Made by a program: the position numbers and the translations under genes. Of a stretch of 64,000 bases of DNA, positions 1 to 9,688 are shown piece by piece. Under the pieces are notes generated by a model. That model was not told the origin of the DNA and made no database searches. It saw only the letters and a program-made list of their open reading frames with translations. Source of the stretch: a virus. How positions within the stretch are numbered: the stretch's first letter is position 1; every line of letters begins with the position of its first letter. Location: positions 3,314 through 67,313 of the IMG/VR virus record IMGVR_UViG_3300044837_000077; one strand, 5' to 3'.

Positions 1-1
1 T

Positions 2-151
2 GCCGGTATCGGAAAGTGGCGTGTTCAAATTGGGAGCAGCGGCCCGCAGCGCTATCTAGGCGATTTCGATAGTAAGGAAGCCGCGGTCAGAGTAGCAACG
101 CTTGCAAAAAGGGATCTTGGATTCCATCCGAATCACGGTGGCGACCGGTGA
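2..151 (+). CDS. 3' end of HNH-AP2 homing endonuclease (partial)
   Basis: My translation of frame 2: ...GKWRVQIG...YLGDFDSKEAAVRVATLAKRDLGFHPNHGGDR*; AP2-like tail with the same LGFHPNHG ending as 3927-4457. Confidence 0.75.
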   Translation, partial: AGIGKWRVQIGSSGPQRYLGDFDSKEAAVRVATLAKRDLGFHPNHGGDR

Positions 152-744
152 TCCTCGCTGCGTCCATCAACGGTTCTGCCCTCGCTGACGTCCTGAGCTT
201 AATCGGGCCGAGCGCGGTGCTTAAAATCCACGCTGGCCCCATTCCCACTGACTGTGAGACGGCGTCGGGCGCATTGCTCGCGCGGATCGCGCTGCCGAGC
301 GTTTGGCTGACCGCTGGTGGTTCGAAAGTGGGCGAGTGGCGCGAGGTCAACGCCGACGGGACGGGCATCGCCAGTTATTTCAGGATCTACACCGCCAACG
401 AGGCGACGTGCGGGCTTCAGGGCGTCATCGGCGCCGAGCTTCGGCTCGACGGGACGAGCTTCGTCGCGGGAGAGGACTTCACCGTCTCACGCTTCAGGCT
501 AACGGACCGTGGGGGCGGGATGATCACGTGTGAGGCGCACGGCCAGTCGCTGTTCCGTCGCCTGATCCGGGAGATGTGTCGCGAGTCGGGCGGCACCCAC
601 GGTCTCGTGCGGTACCGGACACTGCTGCGAGACCTGAAGACGGCCCAGTCGATCCCGGCGAGCCGCGCTGGCAGCCTGTTGCTCGAGCGGGGCGGCGTGC
701 TGACGACCGAGTCGGGCGTACCGTTTCAGCTGGAGGGCGCGTGA
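148..744 (+). CDS. Putative virion structural protein
   Basis: GTG overlaps upstream TGA; beta-rich N-terminal part (GTGIASYFRI); sits in late operon. Confidence 0.55.
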   Translation: MILAASINGSALADVLSLIGPSAVLKIHAGPIPTDCETASGALLARIALPSVWLTAGGSKVGEWREVNADGTGIASYFRIYTANEATCGLQGVIGAELRLDGTSFVAGEDFTVSRFRLTDRGGGMITCEAHGQSLFRRLIREMCRESGGTHGLVRYRTLLRDLKTAQSIPASRAGSLLLERGGVLTTESGVPFQLEGA

Positions 745-1088
745 GCGACGACTCCACCATCACAGGCCTCCAGAGCCGCCCGTCGATCGCCGGGAACGAG
801 AAGATCCCCTGCGCCTACGGCGACGACAACTGGGCGCTGACGCCCAACCAATTGCGGTCGTTCATCGGTACCGGTGGCGTCGGCAGCGGCTCGGACGTCG
901 CCTTCGTCTTCGATCAAATGTCGGCGAGCGCGACGTGGTTGATCGCACATGGTCTGGGCAAGTACCCGTCGGTAACGATTGTCGACAGTTCGGGCGCCAC
1001 GGTCGAGGGCGCCGTCGATTACGTGGACGCCAATTCGCTCACCGTCTCCTTCTCGGCCGCCTTCGCCGGTACGGCGTACCTCAACTAA
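741..1088 (+). CDS. Small virion fibre-associated protein
   Basis: GTGA coupling; W.I.HGLGKYPSVTIVDSSG..VEG.V.Y.D.NSLTVSFS.AF.G.AYLN, a module common beside phage fibres. Confidence 0.65.
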   Translation: MSDDSTITGLQSRPSIAGNEKIPCAYGDDNWALTPNQLRSFIGTGGVGSGSDVAFVFDQMSASATWLIAHGLGKYPSVTIVDSSGATVEGAVDYVDANSLTVSFSAAFAGTAYLN

Positions 1089-1103
1089 CCGACAGGACTC
1101 ACC

Positions 1104-2261
1104 ATGGCAGCACGCAAAATCCTGGTTCCCCTGGACCTGACGAAGAACGAGATCCAGAACGCGGTCATCCAGAATCTCGCGTCGGCGCCGAGTAGCCCGA
1201 GTGAGGGCCAGGTGTACTGGGACACGGTCGGCCATCGACAGTACTTTTGGAACGCGAACGCCTCCGCGTGGCAGAACAAGGGGACGGACTCTGACCTGTT
1301 GCAAGGGCAGAACAGCGCCTATCACCTGAATCGAGCGAATCACACCGGGACGCAGACGGCGTCGACGGTTTCTGACCTCGCGACGGTCGTGAAAGCCTAC
1401 ACGCTGGACGCGTTCGCCGCCCCTGCGGGCGACGTCACTCTCAACGGGCACAAGCTGACGAATGGGGCCACGCCCACCGCGGCGACCGACTTCGTCATCA
1501 AGTCGTACGTCGACGCACTGGCACAGGGCCTGACGCCCAAGCCCACTGCGCAGGTCGCGACCGCCGCGGCGCTGCCGTCGAACGTCTACGCTAACGGTAC
1601 CGCCGGCGTGGGCGCCACGCTCACCGCGTCGGCCAACGGCGTGCTCACCGTCGATAGTTACGTGGTCTTGCTCAATGACCTGGTGCTCGTCAGGAACGAG
1701 GTCGCACAGGCGAACAACGGCCTATACCAGGTAACAACGCTGGGGACCGGTTCTGTCAAGTACGTGCTGACGCGCCATCCGGACATGGACTCTGCCGCCG
1801 AGTTCAACGGCTCGTTCGTGCCGGTCGAGAGCAACGGTACGGCGACAGCGAACTCTCTATGGCTATGTAACAGCATAGTCGCGACGGTAGGTACGACAGC
1901 AGTCGCGTTCACGCAGCTCAACTCGCCGACGAGTCTCACGCAGGGTAACGGCATATCGATATCGGCGAACGTCGTCTCCGTTGTCGCCGATACCGGCATT
2001 ACGGTATCAGGTTCCGGTGTCAAGCTCGATACCACGATCGCGGTGCGCAAGTACGCGGTGGATGTGGGCGATGCGTCGAGCACGTCGATCGTCATCACGC
2101 ACAATCTAGGAACGCTCGATGTGACGGCGGCTCTCTACAACAAGAGCACCCCATTCTCGGAAGCCGACTGCGACGTGCAGCACACCAGCACCAATACGAT
2201 CACGCTGGTGTTCGCGGTTGCGCCCACGGCCGCTCAGTACCGCGTCGTGGTGCATGGATGA
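1104..2261 (+). CDS. Fibre/decoration-like structural protein
   Basis: AGGA RBS; Thr/Ala/Ser-rich; RANHTGTQ motif, GVGATLT...LVRNE...NGLY..LTR fibre module, C-terminal THNLG module resembling 741-1088. Confidence 0.7.
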   Translation: MAARKILVPLDLTKNEIQNAVIQNLASAPSSPSEGQVYWDTVGHRQYFWNANASAWQNKGTDSDLLQGQNSAYHLNRANHTGTQTASTVSDLATVVKAYTLDAFAAPAGDVTLNGHKLTNGATPTAATDFVIKSYVDALAQGLTPKPTAQVATAAALPSNVYANGTAGVGATLTASANGVLTVDSYVVLLNDLVLVRNEVAQANNGLYQVTTLGTGSVKYVLTRHPDMDSAAEFNGSFVPVESNGTATANSLWLCNSIVATVGTTAVAFTQLNSPTSLTQGNGISISANVVSVVADTGITVSGSGVKLDTTIAVRKYAVDVGDASSTSIVITHNLGTLDVTAALYNKSTPFSEADCDVQHTSTNTITLVFAVAPTAAQYRVVVHG

Positions 2262-2902
2262 CCCGCTTAGCTCTCGACGGATTGGGATTCCCGGTAGTGA
2301 CCACACTGCCGGCCGCCGCGTCGAACAGCGGTGTGATCCTGCAAGGTCCCAATGGCATCTTGTTTTTCAGCAACGGCACGACATGGATACCGCTCAATCA
2401 GCAGTTTCCCTCATCCGCGATCAGTGCGTCCTCGGGATCGATTGTGTCCTCGGAAACCTATGTCTCCGCAGCGTTTCAGATTCCGGCCAACTCGCTCGCC
2501 GTCAAGATGGTGTTTCGGATCAAGGCCTATGGGGTCGCTACCTCGTCCTCGGCTAAGTCGGCAACGTTCAATGTTCGCATGGGCACGGCAGGGACGACCT
2601 CCGACACACTCGTGCTGGCGCTCGCGGCCACGTCGGCCACGTCGGGAACCTCCATCCCGTTCGAGTTCGAGGCGCTGGTCACGGTCCAGGCGCTGACCTC
2701 GAGCGGCAAGGCGGTGGCTGCAGCAAGGCTCATCAACAATGGCATCACGGGAATCAGCTCGGTTGCGACCGTGGTGGCGGGTGCCGGCGTGCAGGCGACC
2801 ATCAATACGACCGTCGCACTCTTTTTAGGGCTCTCCTATACCTCGGCGGCGTCCGGGGCGAGCGTGATCTTCAACCAGGTCACGGTGGAGCAGGTCGAAT
2901 GA
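2258..2902 (+). CDS. Ser/Ala/Thr-rich putative structural protein
   Basis: ATGA coupling; beta-strand-rich composition; context. Confidence 0.6.
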   Translation: MTRLALDGLGFPVVTTLPAAASNSGVILQGPNGILFFSNGTTWIPLNQQFPSSAISASSGSIVSSETYVSAAFQIPANSLAVKMVFRIKAYGVATSSSAKSATFNVRMGTAGTTSDTLVLALAATSATSGTSIPFEFEALVTVQALTSSGKAVAAARLINNGITGISSVATVVAGAGVQATINTTVALFLGLSYTSAASGASVIFNQVTVEQVE

Positions 2903-3930
2903 CGAACCTATCCGGTAAGGAGTGTGATCAGATGCTTATTCTCAAGACGGTAGTGAGCGCCAAAGGCGAGGCTTTCGCCATGGACCAGATAGCGGCCGGC
3001 AAGGTCAACAAGTCGAGCGACTGGTCTTTCACAGACGACGACAGCGATGCCCTGCTGGGCGATGACGCGGACTGGTCAAGTTACTCGAACTGGTTCTTGG
3101 GCTCAGAACCCGGCGCCGATCCCGAGACAAAGGCCTATCACACGTACCCGACTGGCAAGGACGGCGTCGTACACCGGTCGGCTCTCGTCGAAGCCCGATC
3201 GCAGGCCGCGCAAAATGACGACGGCGCAATCTTCGGTGCTGCGGGTCGGTTGATGGACGCGATCGACGGAGGCAAGAGCTACAGCGGTGCGAAGGCATTG
3301 CCGATGAGGCAGCAGGCATGGTCAAAGTTCGATCTTAAGGCCATGACGGAGACCGACACGCACTACGAACTCTCAGGCATCGCGACTACGCCGACGCCAG
3401 ATCGCATGCAGGACATCGTCGAGCCTATGGGGTGCGATTACGAGGTGCCGATCCCACTGCTGTGGCAGCACGACTCCGACCAGCCTGTCGGCGAGGTGTT
3501 CGACGCGAAGCCAGGACCCAAGGGCATCCCCGTGCAGTTTCGCATCCCGAAGTTCTCGATTCCCGGCCTGTTGAAGGACCGGCTCGACCTAGCGATCCAG
3601 AGCATCACGCTCAAACTCGTGCGCGGCCTGTCGATCGGCTTCGCGCCCGTCGAGTACTCGTACATGGAAGAGACCGGCGGCTACCGGTTTATCAAGTGGC
3701 TGTGGCTCGAGCTGTCGTGCGTGACCATTCCGGCGAATGCCGAGGCGACGATCGACGTCATCAAGAGCATGGACATCCGCAAGGCGACGCCCGTCGTACG
3801 GCTGAGCCGCAAGTCGCTGATGGTGACGACATCTGCGCCCGAGGCGCGCCGCAAACACCAGGACTGGTGCGATACGTCCTCAGAATCGGTCGACGAGATC
3901 CTTGCAGAGCGCGAGCGGATGCTGCGATGA
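2899..3930 (+). CDS. HK97-family prohead protease with N-terminal extension (start may be 2932)
   Basis: GIATTPTPDR..D, LLWQHD, GLSIGF, ELSCVTIPAN motifs. Confidence 0.9.
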   Translation: MTNLSGKECDQMLILKTVVSAKGEAFAMDQIAAGKVNKSSDWSFTDDDSDALLGDDADWSSYSNWFLGSEPGADPETKAYHTYPTGKDGVVHRSALVEARSQAAQNDDGAIFGAAGRLMDAIDGGKSYSGAKALPMRQQAWSKFDLKAMTETDTHYELSGIATTPTPDRMQDIVEPMGCDYEVPIPLLWQHDSDQPVGEVFDAKPGPKGIPVQFRIPKFSIPGLLKDRLDLAIQSITLKLVRGLSIGFAPVEYSYMEETGGYRFIKWLWLELSCVTIPANAEATIDVIKSMDIRKATPVVRLSRKSLMVTTSAPEARRKHQDWCDTSSESVDEILAERERMLR

Positions 3931-4457
3931 CCGAGCGCGCTGGAATGACCTACGAGAAAGCAAGGGAGTTGTTTCGGTACGATCCAATATCGGGGAAGCT
4001 CTACTGGAAAGTTAGATCGGCGCACTGCGTGAAGATAGGGGACGAAGTCGGGGCTGTTGTTCGATACGGCGCGCGCCGGTATAGGCAATGCAACGTCGGA
4101 AATAGGCGTCTTCTTGTGCATCGGATCATTTGGTTATTGATATATGGAAGATGGCCAGAGAACGATATCGACCACGAAGACCATGATGGGTTGAATAATC
4201 GCCGCGTCAATTTAAGGGATGTTGAGCGTCCGATTGGCAACAGAAATCTATCTTTACGTAGCGATAATACTAGTGGTTATCCAGGTGTTCATTGGTGTAA
4301 TACCAAGAGCCGATGGACGGCTCGCGCGAAGATCGGCGGAAAGATTACCCATTTGGGTCTGTTTGTAAAGAAGAAGGCCGCTATTGAAGCATCGAAGCTC
4401 TCCCATGAGCAGTTGGGATTTCATCCTAACCACGGTAAGCAGAGAAAGTTGGCTTAG
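3927..4457 (+). CDS. HNH-AP2 homing endonuclease
   Basis: LFRYDP.SG.LYW, HRIIW, IDHEDHDGLNNRRVNLR, NTSGYPGV, AP2 tail; lower GC than neighbours. Confidence 0.9.
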   Translation: MTERAGMTYEKARELFRYDPISGKLYWKVRSAHCVKIGDEVGAVVRYGARRYRQCNVGNRRLLVHRIIWLLIYGRWPENDIDHEDHDGLNNRRVNLRDVERPIGNRNLSLRSDNTSGYPGVHWCNTKSRWTARAKIGGKITHLGLFVKKKAAIEASKLSHEQLGFHPNHGKQRKLA

Positions 4458-4459
4458 CC

Positions 4460-4843
4460 ATGGAGCGTTACGCAGTTACGGACTCAAGAATTTTTCTTGA
4501 GCTAGACGACAAGGACCCGGAGGCAAGGTCCGACTACGAGATTGACTTCGCGGCCCTCATTGACGCCGGCTACGAGCTGACGGGCACGCCCATGGTCGAG
4601 ATCGAGTCTGCCGGAAACGGCGAAAGCCCTGTCGAACTATCGTCAGCGGACGAGACGCTTTCAGCTCCTAGCGGCTCGCAAGGTTCGCCACCGCTCGCAA
4701 CGGCGGTGTCGTTCTGGCTTGAGGGCGGGACGAGCGGAGTCAGGTATCAGGGAAAGATCAAGTGTGAGACGACCGGATCCGGTTCGCCAGCGCCAGTAAA
4801 GACGCTGGTGAAACGGTTCTACATCGTAGCGAGATTGACGTGA
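4460..4843 (+). CDS. Phage fibre-adaptor-like protein (KDP..DY..D / WL.GG family)
   Basis: KDPEARSDYEIDF and FWLEGGTSGVRY motifs. Confidence 0.6.
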   Translation: MERYAVTDSRIFLELDDKDPEARSDYEIDFAALIDAGYELTGTPMVEIESAGNGESPVELSSADETLSAPSGSQGSPPLATAVSFWLEGGTSGVRYQGKIKCETTGSGSPAPVKTLVKRFYIVARLT

Positions 4844-4942
4844 TGGACGGATGGCGAGTTTGCCTCGTTGGGCAACCAGGACTCGGATTACGTCGTGGCA
4901 TTTCCCAGTCGGGATCAATGTTCGACACCAACAGAGGCAGAC

Positions 4943-6427
4943 ATGAAACTTTCAGAGCGTATCAAGCAATTTATCGCGGAGCGGGCGGCGAAAGTCTCCG
5001 CGCTCGAGGGCGTCCAGGAGAAGGCGCTCAAGGACGGGCGCAGCAAGGACAAGCAGGAACAGGAGCAGTTCGACGAGCTGATGGGCGAGATCGAGGCGAT
5101 CGACAAGGAATTGTCCGACCTGCGCCGCATGGAGAAACTGCAGGTCGCCCAGGCGACCACGGTCGATCCGGGCAACGAGGATGATGAGGAGGAGATCGAG
5201 GCCGGCGAGCAGCGTACCCCGAGGGTTAAGACGGTCGACGGCGGCAGCGCGGTCGAAGGACGAGGACGGGTGAGCGTCGCGGTGGGCAAGAAACTCGCGA
5301 AGGGCATCCTGTTCGCTCGCTACGTGAAGTGCCTGGGCGCCGCTCGCGGCGACTTGGCGAATGCGTTCACGCTCGCTAAGCTGCACTACAGCGACACGCC
5401 GCAGATCGCCATGGTGCTCAAGGCCGGGCTATCGGGTGGCCTGCTGGGCGACATCATGCACAAGACAGCAGTCGCTGGCGGGACCACGACCGATGCAACG
5501 TGGGCACTTCCACTGGTGCAGTACAACCAGTTCGCGGGTGACTTCATTGAGTACCTGCGCCCCAAGACCATCCTGGGCCAGTTTGGTGTAGGCAACATCC
5601 CGGGGCTTCGCATGGTGCCGTTCAACATCCACATCCGTGGACAGACGAGCGGCGGCGCGGGTTATTGGGTCGGTCAGGGTAAGGCCAAGCCGTTGACCAA
5701 GGTCGATTTCAACGACACCTACCTCGGGTGGTCGAAGGCCGCGGCGATCGCGGTGCTATCGGAAGACCTGCTACGGTTCAGCAACCCATCGGCCGAGACG
5801 CTCGTCCGCGATGCTCTAGGCGAGGCGATCATCGCGCGGCTCGACACGGATTTCGTCGATCCGACGAAGATTGCGGTGGCGAACGTGTCACCGGCGTCGA
5901 TCACTCAAGGGTCGACGACCCATCACTCAGCTGGTGCGACCGCGGCGGACTGCCGCGCGGATATCGCAACGCTGATGGGTGGTTTCATCTCGGCCAACAT
6001 CTCGCCGACGACGGCGGTTTGGATCATGCAGGCGACGACTGCCCTGCAGTTGTCGCTGTTGCGTAATGCCTTCGGGCAGCGGGAGTTCCCAGACATCACG
6101 ATGAACGGCGGCATGCTGGAAGGCGTACCGGTCATCACGTCGCAGTACGTCCCGAACGAGTCGGGCGGCGCGATGATGATCCTCGTCAACGCGTCAGACA
6201 TCTGGCTCGCAGATGACGGCGCCGTGACGATCGATGCGAGCCGCGAGGCTTCGCTCGAGATGAGCGACGCTCCTGCCAATGATGCCGGCGCGCCGACCGC
6301 GGCGCAGATGGTGTCGATGTTCCAAACGAACTCGGTGGCCTTACGCGCCGAGCGGTTCATCAACTGGCAGAAGCGCCGGGCCGCCGCGGTGCAGATCATC
6401 GACGACGTCAGTTATACGGGAGGTTGA
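4943..6427 (+). CDS. Major capsid protein, HK97 fold, with N-terminal coiled-coil delta domain
   Basis: GAGG RBS before ATG 4943; FIEYLRPKTI, WVGQGKAKP, SMFQTNSVALRAERFINW motifs. Confidence 0.93.
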   Translation: MKLSERIKQFIAERAAKVSALEGVQEKALKDGRSKDKQEQEQFDELMGEIEAIDKELSDLRRMEKLQVAQATTVDPGNEDDEEEIEAGEQRTPRVKTVDGGSAVEGRGRVSVAVGKKLAKGILFARYVKCLGAARGDLANAFTLAKLHYSDTPQIAMVLKAGLSGGLLGDIMHKTAVAGGTTTDATWALPLVQYNQFAGDFIEYLRPKTILGQFGVGNIPGLRMVPFNIHIRGQTSGGAGYWVGQGKAKPLTKVDFNDTYLGWSKAAAIAVLSEDLLRFSNPSAETLVRDALGEAIIARLDTDFVDPTKIAVANVSPASITQGSTTHHSAGATAADCRADIATLMGGFISANISPTTAVWIMQATTALQLSLLRNAFGQREFPDITMNGGMLEGVPVITSQYVPNESGGAMMILVNASDIWLADDGAVTIDASREASLEMSDAPANDAGAPTAAQMVSMFQTNSVALRAERFINWQKRRAAAVQIIDDVSYTGG

Positions 6428-6447
6428 TCGATCGCTATTGAACGGAT

Positions 6448-6481
6448 AGGGGCGGGTCGCGAAAACCGGCTCGCCCTTTTT
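6448..6481 (+). terminator. Rho-independent terminator after capsid gene
   Basis: Stem GGGCGGGTCG / CGGCTCGCCC followed by TTTTT. Confidence 0.8.
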
Positions 6482-6510
6482 AAAAATTCTTTGTGAGAAG
6501 GAAATCGCGC

Positions 6511-6900
6511 ATGCTGATCACAGTTAGACAAACAAAGCTCGTGCTGGGTCGCACTGTCTATCATCGCGGCGACGTGTTCGAATGTCGCGACGCGGAGGCA
6601 AAGTTACTCATCGCCGGTAAAATGGTGACGAAGTCTGCGGAGGACGCAAAGGCGACCAAGGGCGCGCCGACCGCGCCGACGACAGGCATGTCGAGCAAGC
6701 CAGGAACGCTCAAGGGTTCACGTGAGACTCCCGCACCGAGCGTGGGTCGCGCTAAGCGCATCCCGACGCTGACGTCGTCGGTAGCTCCGGCCCCACTGTC
6801 AACCGCACCGGAAGCCAAGCCAGTCGGCGCGATGACGACGACTGACGAGCCTGCGCTTATGCGTGTGACGACTTCGCCTGCGATCACGCCCAAGGCTTAA
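6511..6900 (+). CDS. Hypothetical head-associated protein with Pro/Thr/Ala-rich tail
   Basis: RGDVFE...AKLLI.G N-terminal module typical of post-capsid genes; low-complexity C-terminus. Confidence 0.6.
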   Translation: MLITVRQTKLVLGRTVYHRGDVFECRDAEAKLLIAGKMVTKSAEDAKATKGAPTAPTTGMSSKPGTLKGSRETPAPSVGRAKRIPTLTSSVAPAPLSTAPEAKPVGAMTTTDEPALMRVTTSPAITPKA

Positions 6901-6905
6901 GACCC

Positions 6906-8327
6906 GTGCGCCTATTTGGCCTAGACATCAGCGTTCGTAAGTCAGCGGACGATGTCGCGCACTGGACGGAGGAGTCCGGCGGATGGTGGCCGATCATTCG
7001 CGAGGGCTACGCTGGCGCGTGGCAGCAGAACATCACGATTCGCCGCGAGACGCTGCTTGCGTTCACGCCCGTCTATGCCTGCATGATTCGCATCTCGACC
7101 GACACTGGCAAGATGCCGATGCAGCTGGTCGAGCAGACCGACGACGATATCTGGGTCAAGGTCAGGCGGTATTCCCCCTTGGGTGCGGTCATCCGCAAAC
7201 CCAACGACTATCAGACGCAGAGCCAGTTCCTGCAGCAGTGGATGATATCGAAGCTCCTGGCTGGTAACGCGTACATCTTGAAGCAGCGGGACAACCGCGG
7301 CGTCGTCGTGAAACTCTTCCCCTTAGACCCGACGCGCGTGCGCCCATTGATCACACCCGACGGCAGCATCTACTACAACCTCGGCATGGATCCGCTCTCG
7401 GAGCTCACCGACGGGGTAACCACAGCACCCTCGAGCGAGATCATCCACGATCGCATGCCCGGCCTGTTCCACCCGCTGATCGGCACGTCGCCGATCTTCG
7501 CGTGCTCTCTGCCCGCCGCTCAAGGTCACGCGATGCAGCGGGCGTCTGCCGCATTCTTCAAGAACATGGCGCAACCGTCGGGCGTGCTGACCGCGCCCGG
7601 CGCGATCTCCAACGACACGGCGGACCGGCTCAAGAAAGAGTGGGCTGAAAAGTTCACGGGAAAAAACGTCGGGCGCGTGGCTATCTTAGGCGACGGCTTG
7701 AAGTTCGATCCCATCACAATTACGGCTCAGGCCGCGCAGGCGACCGAGCAACTGCGACTCACGGGCGAGCAGGTCTGCACGGCGTTCGGCGTTCCCGCGT
7801 TTATGGTCGGCGTCGCGCCCGCCCCCGCGATCCCGGGCATCGAGGCGCTCACCCAACTGTATTGGAGCCAGTGCCTGCAGACGCATATGGAGGGCATTGA
7901 ATGCGCAATGACCGAGGGCCTGGAACTCTACGACGCGACCACGCACCTCGATGTCGCGGTCAAGCTCGACCTGTCGGTCCTCCTGCGGATGGACACCTCG
8001 ACGCGCTACGCGGCTTGGAAGGCGGCCATCAGCGGCGGATGGCTCGCGCCCAACGAGGCGAGAAAACGCGAGAACCTGAAACCCGTCAAGGGCGGTGAGA
8101 CGCCGTATCTGCAGGTCCAGAACTACTCGCTGGCTGCGCTGGCTGCGCGCGACGCCGCGGGACCTCCCACATCGGTCCCCACGCCGCCTTCGTTACCAGC
8201 GCCGGCAGATAACTCCAATCCAGACGATGGCGACGGCAACGATCTCGAGGACGCGCAAGACGCCGAGCTCGATTTTGCGAAGGGCGTCGAGTCACTGCGG
8301 CAACGCTTACTACTGGAAACCGCCTAA
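6906..8327 (+). CDS. Portal protein, HK97 family
   Basis: VYACMIRI, PNDYQT, GNAYI, LDPTRV, EIIHDR, G.SP, PNEARKRENL.PV.GG motifs. Confidence 0.95.
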   Translation: MRLFGLDISVRKSADDVAHWTEESGGWWPIIREGYAGAWQQNITIRRETLLAFTPVYACMIRISTDTGKMPMQLVEQTDDDIWVKVRRYSPLGAVIRKPNDYQTQSQFLQQWMISKLLAGNAYILKQRDNRGVVVKLFPLDPTRVRPLITPDGSIYYNLGMDPLSELTDGVTTAPSSEIIHDRMPGLFHPLIGTSPIFACSLPAAQGHAMQRASAAFFKNMAQPSGVLTAPGAISNDTADRLKKEWAEKFTGKNVGRVAILGDGLKFDPITITAQAAQATEQLRLTGEQVCTAFGVPAFMVGVAPAPAIPGIEALTQLYWSQCLQTHMEGIECAMTEGLELYDATTHLDVAVKLDLSVLLRMDTSTRYAAWKAAISGGWLAPNEARKRENLKPVKGGETPYLQVQNYSLAALAARDAAGPPTSVPTPPSLPAPADNSNPDDGDGNDLEDAQDAELDFAKGVESLRQRLLLETA

Positions 8328-9296
8328 ATGAAAACCGACTTCCAGCGACTGTTCAAGGCGATTGGCGATGTGATGCTCGAGGCCTTGAGGCCGATCACGG
8401 CGAAGCTCGCCGAGCTCGAGGCTCTAAAGCCTGAGAAAGGAGAGAGGGGCGAGCCGGGTGTCAAGGGCGAGCCTGGCGGACCTGGGTTGCGTGGCCAACA
8501 CGGTGAACCCGGCGTCAAGGGCGATACGGGCGAGCGGGGCGAGAAGGGCATTGTAGGCGAACGCGGTGAGCCTGGAGCCAAGGGCGATGTTGGCATGCGC
8601 GGAGAACTTGGCGAGCGTGGACTGAAAGGCGATCCAGGCGAGCGGGGCGAGAAGGGCGTCAAGGGTGACGTCGGCGAGCGGGGCGAGCTGGGCGCGAAAG
8701 GTGAACCCGGCGGACTCGGCGAACGAGGCGCGCACGGTGAGAAAGGGATAGCGGGCGAGCGGGGCGAGAAGGGCGTCAAGGGTGACGTCGGCGAGCGGGG
8801 ATCTCAAGGCGATCCCGGCGTGAAGGGCGACCTCGGCGTCGACGGTAAAAACGGGAATGACGGGATCGACGGCAAGGACGGCAAGTCAGTAACGATCGAC
8901 GACGTTTTGCCTGCGTTGGATGGCGCTGTCGCGAAATGGATGCTCGAGGTCGAGCGACGCATCATGGACATGGCGCAGCGCGCGATCGAGGCGATGCCGA
9001 GACCCTGCGACGGCAAGGACGGAGTCGATGGGCTCAATGCCGACGAGTTCCACTTCAGCTTCGATCAGGAGTCGCGTCGGTTTACGGTAACGCATAAGGA
9101 TCGCGTCGTGATATCGCAGCGCATACCGTATCCGAAGTATATCGACGTCTGGACGGAGAATTTCGGCCAGTACGAGGAAGGCTTTGTCGTTACGTTCGGC
9201 GGTCACGGTTGGATCGCGAAGCGCGACACGGCGTCGAAGCCCGGCACGGACGACTCATGGCAACTGTTCGTCAAGAAGGGGAGGGACGGCAAATGA
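8328..9296 (+). CDS. Collagen-like triple-helix protein (head/neck fibre candidate)
   Basis: About 50 uninterrupted Gly-X-Y triplets; C-terminal VTFGG..W.A...KPG...WQL.VKKGRDGK domain. Confidence 0.85.
   Translation: MKTDFQRLFKAIGDVMLEALRPITAKLAELEALKPEKGERGEPGVKGEPGGPGLRGQHGEPGVKGDTGERGEKGIVGERGEPGAKGDVGMRGELGERGLKGDPGERGEKGVKGDVGERGELGAKGEPGGLGERGAHGEKGIAGERGEKGVKGDVGERGSQGDPGVKGDLGVDGKNGNDGIDGKDGKSVTIDDVLPALDGAVAKWMLEVERRIMDMAQRAIEAMPRPCDGKDGVDGLNADEFHFSFDQESRRFTVTHKDRVVISQRIPYPKYIDVWTENFGQYEEGFVVTFGGHGWIAKRDTASKPGTDDSWQLFVKKGRDGK
8439..8888 (+). repeat. Gly-X-Y collagen repeat tract
   Basis: Repeated GGCGAGCGGGGCGAGAAGGGC units encoding GER-GEK-GVK. Confidence 0.9.
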
Positions 9297-9688
9297 GTCG
9301 GTGGGACGACGATGACACGCGGGCACAACCAGTCACGCCTATCGTCCGGGCTGTCCCGCTGAACCTGGTCACTTTTACTGCCGCCAAAGCGCAGCTCAAC
9401 GTCGACCACGATCTCGATGACGATATAATCAACGGAATGCGCACGCGCGCGTCAGGTTCCGTCATCAACTACTGTAAGATCGATGTCGGCGAGTCAGCGT
9501 TCAACTGGGTCGACCTGTTCGGTGAGCCGATCTCAGATAACGTCCCGCCGGAGGTCGCCGCGGCCGTGCTGCTCATGATCGGCGCCATGTACGAGAACCG
9601 TGACGGCGACGTATTCCGCTCACCCCAGCCTCTCTCGCAACCCGTGATGGACCTACTATGGCGCCACCGCGATCCGGCCATGGCGTGA
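9293..9688 (+). CDS. Head-tail connector (HK97 gp6-like)
   Basis: AKAQLNVDHD.DD..I, AAVLLMIG.MYENR, LL..HR. Confidence 0.9.
   Translation: MSRWDDDDTRAQPVTPIVRAVPLNLVTFTAAKAQLNVDHDLDDDIINGMRTRASGSVINYCKIDVGESAFNWVDLFGEPISDNVPPEVAAAVLLMIGAMYENRDGDVFRSPQPLSQPVMDLLWRHRDPAMA

Noticed and set aside
8324-8807. Antisense Pro/Ser-repeat ORFs
   Set aside because: Shadows of the collagen repeat; likewise most long antisense ORFs in this GC-rich window are shadow frames
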